Origin: Octopus vulgaris
Taxonomy: Eukaryota
DNA: 64,000 nucleotides
Direction: 5' to 3'
Assembly (NCBI GenBank): GCA_951406725.2
Contig: OX597826.1
Location: 53,382,001 to 53,446,000, forward strand
Position 1 is the first letter of the stretch; each line of letters begins with the position of its first letter. The notes beneath the pieces are model-generated. The model made no database searches. It was not told the DNA's origin and was given only the letters and a program-made list of their open reading frames with translations. Shown in pieces: positions 13,301 through 24,000 of the stretch. A program made the translations under genes and the position numbers.

Positions 13301-14354
13301 CTTCTTTAATTTTAAATCATCATATCCACTATTGTATGACTTGAGTGAAATTTGTAGGGCAGATTTTCTATAGTTGGATGCCCTTACTGTCACCAACCTT
13401 TACCTGTTTCCAAGCAAGATATTACCCTATGGCTAGATGTTTTTTTACAGAAGATACATGTCCGGCCCAGTTAATGGAAACCAATATCATAGCTGTGGCC
13501 AGTGCCCCCTGACTGGCTCCCATGCTGGGGGAACGTAAAAAGCACCATCCAAATGTAGTCAACGCCAGGTCCGTCTGATAAGGTGCCACAAAGTGGGACT
13601 GAACCTGAAACCACTTCCTTAATCACACAGTCATGCCTGCACCTATTTCAATTAACTGCTTTCTTATGTAACTGTCACTTGTTAAAACTTAACCCATATT
13701 TTCCTATGAAGTCAAGCAATGCCACACCTGTTCTTAATATTTCATCATGTAATTTCTTTACTTTTATTAGAAAACTCTTACTTTGTTCCCCACCCCCATC
13801 TTGATTAATTAATAGCCTAGCTGAAGAGCTGGCAGAATTGTTAGCATACTAGGCGAAATACTTGAGTTCAAATTCCACTGAGGTTGACTTTGCCTTTCAT
13901 CCCTTCAGAGTCGATAAATTAAGTACCAGTTGCATACTGGGGTTGATCTAATCGACTGCCCCCCCCCCCCACCTACTAGCGTAGTAAAAAAGACATCTAG
14001 ACAAGGCATTGAGCTGCCTGGACCTATAGCAAAAGACACTTACCCAAGGCAATGCAGAACTGAACCCAAAGCCCTGTGATTGCAAAGTGAGCTTCATAAC
14101 CCCTACACCTTATTTTTATCCTATCTTGTGAAACAAAACCCTTTCCTCTCCCTTACAAATTTACTTTCCAGTCACTGCTTTCCGTGTTTCCCTATTTTAG
14201 TAGCCACACTATTTCCATTTCAACTTTATAATAATAATAAACGTTTTTTTTTCCCTTGTATATTCCAGAAGGCCGCAGACGGCGACGCCACGTTGATGAC
14301 TCGGACATCATGGGAAGTTTGATAAGTATGATTGCAAATGGTTTCGTCGAATGA
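4250..14354 (+). CDS. 3' part of an INF2/FHDC1-like FH2-domain formin gene (4 exons in window; 5' exons lie upstream)
   Basis: Exons 4250-4364, 6139-6303, 12587-12704 and 14269-14354 join in frame. AHFCEKKKDFKLEEFLSSFSNF resembles the FH2 C-terminus (YFCE..F.LEE.F..F..F). The C-terminal IMGSLISMIANGF resembles a DAD motif. Confidence 0.75.
4484..4690. repeat. (TC)n + (TCAC)n microsatellite
   Basis: Directly visible tandem repeat. Confidence 0.95.
5495..6010 (-). mobile_element. 3' fragment of an RLE-type (CRE-like) non-LTR retrotransposon, rearranged
   Basis: Minus-strand peptides CDTFSNSNLLCSA..GSAACWAE and FMVEPVAVETSG...WLFQCISLTILWGNVFSIL resemble the restriction-like endonuclease C-terminus. 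Frameshifted. Confidence 0.6.
6139..6303 (+). CDS. Formin exon, FH2 C-terminus (ETLLEIKE...AKQCQK)
   Basis: ctttctag acceptor, AAG|gtagat donor, 165 bp, phase 0-0. Confidence 0.85.
6811..8992 (-). mobile_element. Penelope-like retroelement (RT + C-terminal GIY-YIG), 5'-truncated, with inverted partial pseudo-LTR
   Basis: RT motifs QDEGAAIGVSIAGDVANLFM and YSRYVDD (8338-8796). Thumb region YAKPMAS (7734-8300). GIY-YIG motif YIGETARSIGERVNEH (about 7585-7631). About 120-bp inverted repeat at 6811-6931 / 8872-8992. Stops and frameshifts present. Confidence 0.9.
6932..6976 (-). ncRNA. Hammerhead-ribozyme-like motif in the PLE pseudo-LTR
   Basis: Minus strand reads GGACCA CTGATGC G GTCACA-GGAG-TGTGAT GAAA GAAC TC TGGCC. 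A9 is replaced by C. Located where PLE hammerheads are normally found. Confidence 0.6.
9055..9462 (-). mobile_element. SINE family B, full length
   Basis: Reverse complement of the copy at 41621-42050. Confidence 0.9.
9820..10130 (-). mobile_element. SINE family D
   Basis: Shares ggatgcccttcctaacgccaaccactcc and the (CAT)n tail with other copies. Confidence 0.8.
10287..10758. repeat. About 140-bp direct repeat pair (10287-10424 / 10618-10758)
   Basis: ccgggtgcagatt...ggttaaaaacggtagtaacattgaa...actactttcatctctt occurs twice, diverged. Confidence 0.85.
10850..11105. repeat. Fold-back with about 100-bp near-perfect arms
   Basis: tggaaggtgtttataagcc...gccaaaatattttc (10861-10947) is the reverse complement of 11008-11094. 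Confidence 0.9.
10932..10980 (-). ncRNA. Hammerhead-ribozyme-like motif with G3-C8 core swap
   Basis: Minus strand reads TTGTCA GTGAACA G GTCAC-loop-GCGAT GAAA ATAT TT TGGCAA: stem I TTGTCA/TGGCAA, palindromic stem III, core GUGAACA. Confidence 0.55.
11123..11345 (+). mobile_element. SINE family D
   Basis: Same 3' module and (TGA)n tail as other copies. Confidence 0.8.
12145..12516 (-). mobile_element. SINE family B
   Basis: High similarity to other family B copies. Confidence 0.85.
12587..12704 (+). CDS. Formin exon, post-FH2 coiled coil (DNKQYKIRLEMQQ...ELDE)
   Basis: tcatag acceptor after a pyrimidine tract, A|gtaagt donor, phase 0-1. Confidence 0.8.
13013..13235 (+). mobile_element. 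tRNA-derived SINE family C with Nin/Deu-like central domain
   Basis: aaggcggtgagctggcagaa head, B box gagttcaaattcc, central gcctttcatcctttc.gggtcgataaattaagtaccag. Many copies in the window. Confidence 0.85.
14269..14354 (+). CDS. Formin terminal coding exon with DAD-like motif
   Basis: tattccag acceptor, phase 1. Encodes (K)GRRRRRHVDDSDIMGSLISMIANGFVE*. Confidence 0.75.
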
Positions 14355-14467
14355 TACCTCTGAAGATTAATACCACCACCACAACCACTACGAGAACCAG
14401 TCAACCAGCAAATTCCTGCCAACAGTTTTCCCAGTGAATAATGAAACAAACAAAAACTTTCAATGTC

Positions 14468-14473
14468 AATAAA
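14468..14473 (+). promoter_or_regulatory. Candidate polyadenylation signal of the formin gene
   Basis: AATAAA about 115 bp after the stop codon. Confidence 0.45.
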
Positions 14474-14749
14474 ATAACCTGCATTTAATGCTGATTAGTT
14501 CACATACTATGTTCGGCTTGACTATTCATTGATGAAAGCTCCAGACCAACACATTACAATAACCCTAGAATATGCAGTCTACTAAGGGAGGGAGACAACT
14601 TAACCTGAAAACACGTAAGGATAGATAGATAGATAGATAGAAGAGGAAAAAAAAATGCAGAATCACTAAAGTAACTTTATACAGAAGTAAAGCCCAGATA
14701 TTTACTTCAGAGAAATAATGCAAACATAACAAATCTGAAATTATTTTTT

Positions 14750-14755
14750 TTTATT
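14750..14755 (-). promoter_or_regulatory. Candidate polyadenylation signal of FIP1L1
   Basis: Minus-strand AATAAA about 110 bp after the stop codon, followed by a U/GU-rich tract. Confidence 0.5.
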
Positions 14756-14865
14756 ACAAAAACAAGTGAGATAACATCATGTTCGATGTTTTTTTTTTTT
14801 ATATAGTTTTTTTTTAGGAAATAACTTTTGGAAAGAAACGTGTTGATATACATCTTTTTTGGTCC

Positions 14866-15013
14866 TCAAGGAACATCTTCAGGAGGGACATTTCCTCCTA
14901 CAGCTAAGCCTGAGCTATCATTACCCTCTTCTTCCTTCTCTCGTTTTGACTTCTTTGCTTTCTTGTGTTTAGAACGGTGATGTTCATTTGTCTCTTCTTC
15001 ATCCCGATGTTTC
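14866..15013 (-). CDS. FIP1L1: FIP1L1 exon 16 (terminal; KHRDEEE...EDVP*)
   Basis: ttgccgtag acceptor, TGA at 14868-14866. Confidence 0.9.
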
Positions 15014-18000
15014 CTACGGCAACAAGAAAGGCAATGTTTTTAGCAATTAAAATTTAAAAGACAAACGAGATAATTTTAGCAGGACAGCGAAACGCCATCA
15101 AAGTCAGCTCCCTTTCTTAAAAGACCAAATCATCAAAAGTATTCCTTACCTGCGTGAACGGTGCCTGTCTTCTCTGTCTCTATGTCTGTGTTCTCGAGTG
15201 CGTTCACGATCTCTTGACCAAGACCTGTCTCTCTCACGATCCCGTTCTCTTTCACGGTCACGGCGGTACCCACTCCTCATAATAACAGAAATAAATATCA
15301 AATTAAATATATAGCAAAATTTTATCACAAGAAAAAGAAACCTGCATTCAAAATAATTTTGTGACAAGTTGTACAAATAAAATTAATAAGCCTTCAAGTT
15401 TTTTTCCACCACCCCACTTCTTATACTAAATTTTATTTGGACTTAATATTCTCCTAAACTTGCTTTTTTATAATAAAACTAGCACAATGTTTACAAAATA
15501 TACTATTAAAATCTGTGAAGACCTAATTAAATATATAGGTAAATCTTAAGTTCTCACAAGGGAAGTCAGTAATAAAAAAAAACACTTAAAACTGCCAATT
15601 TCATTTCTAATCTGACTATTTTTATAAATAAAAACTCCAAATTCTACATGTTGGGAGTTTATTGGTGGAATAAAATAGGATTTTTGCATTCTAACTAAAA
15701 TTGTTTTTCTTAAAATGTTCAAGCATGTTCAAGAATAAAATACAAATGTCACCTGTTATAATCAGATTCTCGTTGAGGGCTGCGGTCTCTGTTATAGTCC
15801 CACCTCTCAAAGTTGTTGCTTCTAATTGCAAGAAAAGATTATTGATGGCAAAACAGTGAAAATGAAATGTACATTAATTTGTTAGAGCAGTTTTTACAAT
15901 GTTAGAATAACTGAGCGGGAGGGCTAGGGAATCTGAGCATAGTGAAAACAACACTGCACAGTACCAACTTTTTAAAAATTCTAGTATTTGAACAAAAATT
16001 AAATTACATTTGGGTGAAACAAGTTCATAGTTTACAGACCTTTTAAGAATGCTACTTTACAAAAGAACTTTTTACCATTATCGCTTGCTGAATTATTGTC
16101 TTGATTGTATTTATAACTATGCTGGCATGGTTTAAGATGAACATTACTATTTTATTTTGAAATATAGGATAGCTTAAATTATGCCATTAAATGGTGATAT
16201 CAGCAAAATATATTTAAGATAAAGAGTTCTCAAATCATTTAAGTTGCAGAGGAGTGTCATTACATTCATTTGATTTTATGGCTGTTTTTCCATGCCAGCA
16301 TGGGTTAGATGAATATATTATTGGGACCGTGTTTTAATGTTGGACACTTTTCCTTTTGCTAATTCTTACATGCTGGGTAAAGGATGCATTAGGCTTAATC
16401 CAGATAGATCCCTTACCTATCTAAAAGAATATAGGCTCTACGAGGAAGGTTCTGAAGCATCATTTTTTATGCTGTTGGCTTAAGAAATTTGAAAATTATG
16501 ACAGTGAAGGAAAATTTAAGCTTTTTTTTTTAAGAGAAAAAAGGGGGTTGAAAACTTATTCCTTTCAAATTTCGAAGTCAGTAAAACTGGAAGAAAACAG
16601 CAGTGAAAGTAAGAGGGCATACAAAAAAGGGGGCAGGGGAAGCAAGCTGGGACTACACTAGCGTTTTATTATTTTTTTTTTTTTAAAGCCAAACCACTGC
16701 AACTTTGAACATGCAAAATATAAGCTAGGTAGAAGTTGATATATATTCTGAAATAACCATTATTAATGCTTAAGTTTTTTTGCTTTACTTTAGAAAACCC
16801 TCAGCCAGTCTGTCTAGGATATAAAGAATAAACAAACCTGTGAGTGGACTGACTTGTGGGATGCCTGTAGAGTGACAAATCAGACATTATTATTATTGTT
16901 GTCATTTTGAGACAAGCAAATAAAAATGAAGAAATATGGCAAAGAAGAAATGATACATTTCAAGAGATATGATAGAAATTTCTAGTGGAAATAGGTTAAA
17001 GGTCATATCTGCCAGATTTTCGGTAAAGCAGTGATAAACAAAACACAGAGAAAAAGATACAGCTGATTCTGTCCATTAGTTTGTCTTCAATCATTACCCT
17101 TGAGCTCCCAAGCAAAAAATATAAATAGTTGCATATACAGCTCAAGCAGAGAGTAAAGTTAGATACTTGGGGCGAACATCTGAGCGGGTTAATACTGAAA
17201 TTATATTAACTTGGGTCGGCCATGGACTGGACACATTATGTAATGTGTCCAATCCATCTAGAAAACAGTAGGGATTGATTTAGCTGCTACTTTTAACAGA
17301 GTGAGTGACCACTGAAATTATATAAGGTCCCACTCACATAGAGATCTCAATATTAAACAAGTGGCCAGCACATGATGTGGTTAAATTAGGTTAGATTCCA
17401 GGGAAAAAAAAAAAAAACCACCAGGACATCTTTTCCATTTGACATTACAAGAGAGATATTCTACATCATCCTTGATATTTAAACCTAAATGACAATCATA
17501 CTTTAAATGAGTTTGGTAAATGGCATCTGTCCCCAAAAGGAAAGATAGCTGAAACAAAATGCCTTGTTCTCTACATTCTGAATTAGAAATTACAAGATGA
17601 CTTTAAACAAAAGAATAAAATATTTAATATGTAGTCACAATAGCACACGACCTAATGCTCAGAGTGTTGAGCTTACAATCATTAGGCCTTGTGTTCAATC
17701 CCAGGACTGAGCAGTGTGTTGTGTCTTTCAGCAAGGAGCTTCATTCAACTGGAAAGTACCAGTTGGAAGGACAAAATTTCACCAGCAGTTGACTGTCACA
17801 GCACTGATGTTCTGCTAGGTGAAGTTAAGGAAGGTTGAGACACTTGCCTGCGTCTGCTCGTGACCACATAAACAACTAAAGCAATTAAGGAAAACATGGT
17901 ACATGCTATCGGGTTAGATTCACTTGCGAGTGACAGACGGCTATAGTTTATGGAAGTAGCCTAAGCAAAATATAACTGCTCCCCAATCAATATTAAACTG

Positions 18001-21000
18001 TTGTAGCAGTGCAGAGATAAACACAAATAAAATTTGAAGCACAGTTCCACTACATTTACAGAAAAAGAAAAAAGACATGGAAGCAACAATCTCTTAAAAT
18101 TGCTGTCATTAATTACAATCTTAAGCTATTAACAAGAATAAATGATAATTAAGCACAATACCTGTTTTCCCAGTGTGGAGGCGGGTTTGAATATGTATTG
18201 GAATACGGATGGTTGTTATCGTAGTTGTACGACTGTCGTTCCTCATAGCTAGAATTGCTGCAATAAATATTGTGTAAAAAATAATTGAATAAAATGTGAC
18301 AACTGGAAAGTTCAACATAATCCTTTCTACTGGAAGCACAAGGCCTCAAATTCGTTGGGGGTGGGGGGGAGACTAATCGATTATCGACCCCAGTGTTTCA
18401 CTGGTACTTAACTTATTGGCCCTGAAAGGATGAAAGGCAAAGTTGACCTCGGTGGAATTTGAACTCAGAACGTAGTGATGGGCGAAATACTGCTAAGCAT
18501 TTCATCCAGTGAGCTAACAATTCTGCCAGCTCACCACCTTGGAAGAGTTCAACATAATAATAAGTATAATAATCCTTTAGAATATAGGTACAAGGTCTGA
18601 AATTTCGCGAGAGGGGGTTCGTTGGTCACATCAACCACAGTATTTGACTGGACGTTATCAAAGAAGCTTGAGAGGTGGTTGGATGGAACCTACACTTGCC
18701 TCCTTATGAGAGCTCAAAATCTCCCATGGAAGCACCATCCAACCAAAATGCAAATATATGGGAAACTACCACCTGAGTCATCTCTTGTGAAAGGTAAGAG
18801 AGTCCAGTTTGCTGGACATTGTTGTAGAGCTGAAAAAGAGGTAATTTCTACTCTTCTCTGGAAGCCATCTACTCGCAATACTAGAGGGCGCACACTCTCC
18901 TACCCTGATGTAATCTCCAGGGATACAGACAGGCATCCAGCAACAGGACCTCCGTAATGCCATGATGGACCGTGAAGTCTGGCGTAGCATGGTAAATTCC
19001 AATGTCTCGACCACGGTCGAACAATGAATGAATGAATGAATTTGACTGCTATTTAATTCATCAACTCCAAAAGGATGGGAAGCAAAGTCAACCTTGGTTG
19101 AATATGAATAACAAGTATAATAATAATTCTAATTTTTTTGGTACAAAGCTAGAAACTCTGAGGTGGGTGTAAGTTGATTGTAAACGGATGAAAGACAAAG
19201 TAGACCCCAGCAGGATTTGAACTCAATATGAAATGAGTCAAAAGAAATGTCACTAAGCAATATTTCTGACATTCTAACAATTCTGCTAGCTTGTTGCCTT
19301 ATGAATACAAACAATATCTCACCATTTTATTAGTTATTAGAGATGGAAGTGGTTTTAGTACCAAATAGCAATCTACATATCCTTCTTAATATATACTTAA
19401 AAAAAAACAATATAATACTGCAGTATCCATCTCGAGAAAGCATCTGGTGCAGATGTTTAGTGCTAAAAAGCACAGAAATATTAATAGTGGGCAAAAATTG
19501 CAAGATCAAGTGATTTCTGCATGCTTGCACTTCATCAGTAACAGGTATCCACTACCACCATATGCTAGCCAAACTTCTGTCTCGATATACAGAAAAAACA
19601 GTGGCTAATCAGATACTGGTGTTGCTTTGGTTAGCCAAGGGTTATGGTAGAACACAACCACCCAAGGTGCTGTGCTGGGGGACTGATCCTAGTACCACAA
19701 GGTTGGGAAGCAACCTTCTCAACCACACTACCTCGCTTGCATCAAGCCCCCCCCCCACACACACACACTTTTTTTTTTTAATTGATTACATAGTTAACAG
19801 CTTGCATTGAATATCTCCAGTGCCATACATTACAAACTAATTATAATAAAAAATATTTACCGATCAGATGGTTGGTTCTGTGGCTGATAATAAGCTGAAA
19901 GAAAAACATGAAATATTTCAAAACAGTATAATTCTTCAAAAATAACAAAAAGAATCAGAGAGAAATCAAGGAATTTAATGTATTTCAATAACTGAAAACA
20001 CCATTTCAAGTCTGATGTTATTTCTGCAATAACAACAGGTAGCATCAGTCATTGGTAAGTTAGAGTTAACATGTGAGCAATTGTGGCATGATTACATATA
20101 CCAACAGGTATTTTAACCCTTTAGTGTTCACATTATTCTGCCAAAATTAATGCTTTTTCATCCACTTTGTTTTGAACTAATCATGCATTATCTTGTAGTG
20201 ATGAGATTTTGATGAGGTAGCTGTTAATTTTTAAAACAATATTGTAGGGTTTGTGTGAGAGACCAGATCTGGCCAATTTGAACATAAAACAAGCAGAATA
20301 CTTTTGGCCGGATATGACCGGTTTAAATGCTAAAGGGTTAAACACAAAAAGAGAAAGAAAAGATCTCTTGCATATGTACAAAGCCACAGACTTCCAAGAC
20401 ATTCGAGCCTTCTACAAAAGCTATTTGTGTTGTAAATATAAAATCATACAAGATTACCAACTAACAATTAGCAGTTTATCTCTACTCCATTACATCTCTC
20501 TTAATGGAGAGAGAGTAAATAATAATTACTAACACATGCATAAGGCCTGAAATTTAGCGAAGGAGTAAAGTGGATTATTTTAATCCTAGTATTTGACTGA
20601 TAGTGGAGGCACGTGGCTTAGTGGTTAGGGTGTCAGCAACATGATCGTAAGATTGTGGTTTCGATTCCTGGACCGGGCGGCACATTGTGTTCTTGAGCAA
20701 AACACTTTATTTCACATTGCTCCAGTCCACTCAGGTGGTAAATATGAGTAATGCAGCGATGGACTGGCGTCCCGTCCAGCTGGGGAACACATATGCCATA
20801 GAGACCGGGAAACTGGGCCCATGAGCCTGGCAGAATTGTTAGTACATCAGATAAAATGCATAGTGGCATTTCTTCTGGGTGTTTATATTCCGAGTTCAAA
20901 TCACACCAAGGTCAACTTTGCCTTTTATCCCTTCAGGGTTAATAAAGTAAGTACCAGTCAAGTACTGGGGTTGATGTAATTGACTTGCCCTCTCCCCTGA

Positions 21001-24000
21001 AAACTGTTGACCTTGAACCTTTCAAAGGGTTGGTATCTCATTCAAGGGGAACGATGTAGTCTCGGTCACTTATAGGCCAAGAAAAACAAGTAACTGGCTT
21101 TTTGAGTCTTAGGATTCAAAACAAATTTGGGGGGGAAAAAAAAGCCCTTGAAGGATGAAAGCAAAGTTGACCTCAGCTGAATTTGAACTCATACAACAAA
21201 GAGCCAAAAGAAACAGTGAAAGGTTTTTTTGCGGGAGGCCCAACTGATTCTGCCAACCCATCAGATTGTTGGGAGAAGTTAATAATGATTTCTAATTTGG
21301 GAGGATTGAGCAAACTGAGTGGGGGTGGAGCTTAGTCATTACCTTCCACAGCAGTATTTGAATGGTACCTTATCAACGCTGGAAGGATGAACCTCAGTAG
21401 GATTCGAACTCAGAATGTAAAGAGCGACAAGAAATAGAAAAAGGGACTTTGTCAATCTACCACTCTGTTGAAAAATTTAATAAGGATTTCTAATTCAGAC
21501 ACAAGGCCAGTAAATTGAAGGGGAGGGGATTAATCGATTACAATTGACCTGAGTATTTGAATGGTACTTTATCAATACGGGAAGGTGATAAAGCATAGTT
21601 GACTTCTTGACTTCAATCAGATTTGAACTCAGAATGTAAAGAGCCACCCACATAAATTAATGAAAGGCATTCTGTGTGATGCTCTAACAATTCTGCCAAT
21701 TCATTACCCTGTTGGAAATCGAAATCAAATTCGATGACTGGCATCCGTGCTAGTGGAGCACTAAGAGTACTATCCGAGCGTGATCATTGCCAGAGCAACA
21801 AACTAGCTTCCATGCCAGTGACACATAAAAAGCACCATTCGAGCGTGATCGTTACCCGCGTCGCCTTACTGGTACTTGTGCTGGTGGCACGTGACAAAAC
21901 ATTTGAGCGTGGCCATTGCCAGTACCGCCTGACTGACCCTCATGCCAGTGACAAGTAAAAGCAAAACATTTGAACAAGGCCGTTGCCAGTACCCGCCTGA
22001 CTGGCCCTCGTGCCAGTGGCACGTAAACGCACCCACTACACACTCTGAGTGTTTGGCGTTAGGAAGAGCATCCAGCTGTAGAAAATCTGCCAGATCAGGT
22101 TGGAGCCCGGTGCAGCCAAATGGTTTGCCAGACCTCAGTCAAATCGTCCAATCCATGCTAGCATGGAAAGTGGACGTTAAACGATGATGATGATGAAAAT
22201 GAGACAGTTGATAATAAACATTCTCAGTAACTGTCAGCTGTTCATAGGATTTAAAGAGTGAGAGAGCACCAAATGGTGGAAACTCGAACAAGGTTTTGAA
22301 TATTACACAGAAATTGAGACTCAATTCTGGATGTGAATTAATATAAGAAGTGATGTGAATTGCTCTTCCATTTCAAGAATTTTTATAAAGTTTTAAAGAC
22401 AAAAGTCAATCTAGAGAAACAACAACCCAGTATATAACGTTAAAGATATATTAGAAACATGCAGTTTGTGTAATACTTACAATCATAGCCATCAGTTGTA
22501 GGTGGAGGTACTGGGAAAGCTGGGGGGATCATTGCAACTCCTGGAGGTGGAGGCATACCTGCAAAAGATAAGCAAACATTAATAGAATATTATGTAAAGA
22601 AAGTATCAAAGGCACATATGCTAGCTGCATTATTTTCTCAAACTCATTAACATGTGTGCCAAGAATGGTAACTGCTCATTATGGAAATTGCTATTAAATA
22701 TAATAACTGCCCAATATGGTAATAGCTATGTTAATTTTTCAATCACTTAATCATAGGGCAGCGAGCAGGCAGAAATGTTAGTACGCTGGGCACAATGCTT
22801 AGCGGTATTTTGTCTGTCTTTATGTTCTGAGTTCAAATTCCACTGAGGTCGACTTTGCTTTCATCCTTTCAGGGTTGATAAAATTAAGTACCAGTAGCGT
22901 AATGGAGTTGAACTAATCAACTGGTCCCCTCTCCAAAGATTTTGGGCCTTGTGCCTAGAGTAGAAAAGAATTTTTCAATCACTTACAAGGCACTGGTCAA
23001 CCTATGGCTACAGTATAGGATATTAGCTGACATCTTCAACACAGTGGGACCAAGTCCCTAACTATGTGGTTCTGAAGCAGGTGATTAGGGGTTCATATAT
23101 TCTTTTATCCTTTACTTGTTTCAGTCATTACATTGTGGCCATGCTGGAGCAACTCCTTGAGGTTTTAGTCAAATGATATCGATCCCAGTACTGTTTGCAT
23201 TTTTCAAGCCTGGTACATTTTCTATCAGTCTCTTTTTTCCAAAAACTGCTAAGATAAGGGGGCATAAACACACCAACACCAGTTGTCAAGCGGTGGAGTG
23301 GGTAGGGGGTGGAGGGGACAAACACACATATATATATGGGCTTCTTTCAGTTTCCGTCAACCAAATCCACTTACAAAGCTTTGGTCAGCCTGAGGTTATA
23401 GTAGAAGACACTTGCCCAAGCATGGCAGTATATACCTGCCCATACTTACTCAGGGTGCTGTGCATGGAGACTGAATCAGAAACCATATGGTTCTAAAGCA
23501 AACTTCTTAACCACGCAGCCATCCTTGATGTAGTTAATTTAACTAATTTATGCACATAATATTTCCCTGAACTCACAGATGGAATCTGAAAACAGAATTT
23601 AGAAAGCAACTACTAAATACTGGTAATTATTTAGTGCAATCCTTTACAGTTTAGGTCACTTCCCCACTTAAGTCCACCTGGGTACTAACATTAACCCTTT
23701 CGTAACTGTATTTATTTTGAGATGCTCTGCTTCTTTCAATTAATTTTAAATATAACAAAGAATTTAGTAAAATAACTTAGTTATCATTCAGCTGGTGTTA
23801 GGAACATAAGTTGTGACTAAGGTTTGGTGGAAGATTTTAATTCAGAACTTATGACAACAAGACATTTGTACTCAGAGCCAGAGCCAGTTTCAGCCGGGTT
23901 GGTAACGAATGGGTTAATAAAGTATTCCATGTGATTGCTAAGATTAGTGGAAACGTCCAGTTGACACATGCGTAAAATGGCAGATTAAAATAAACTTTTG

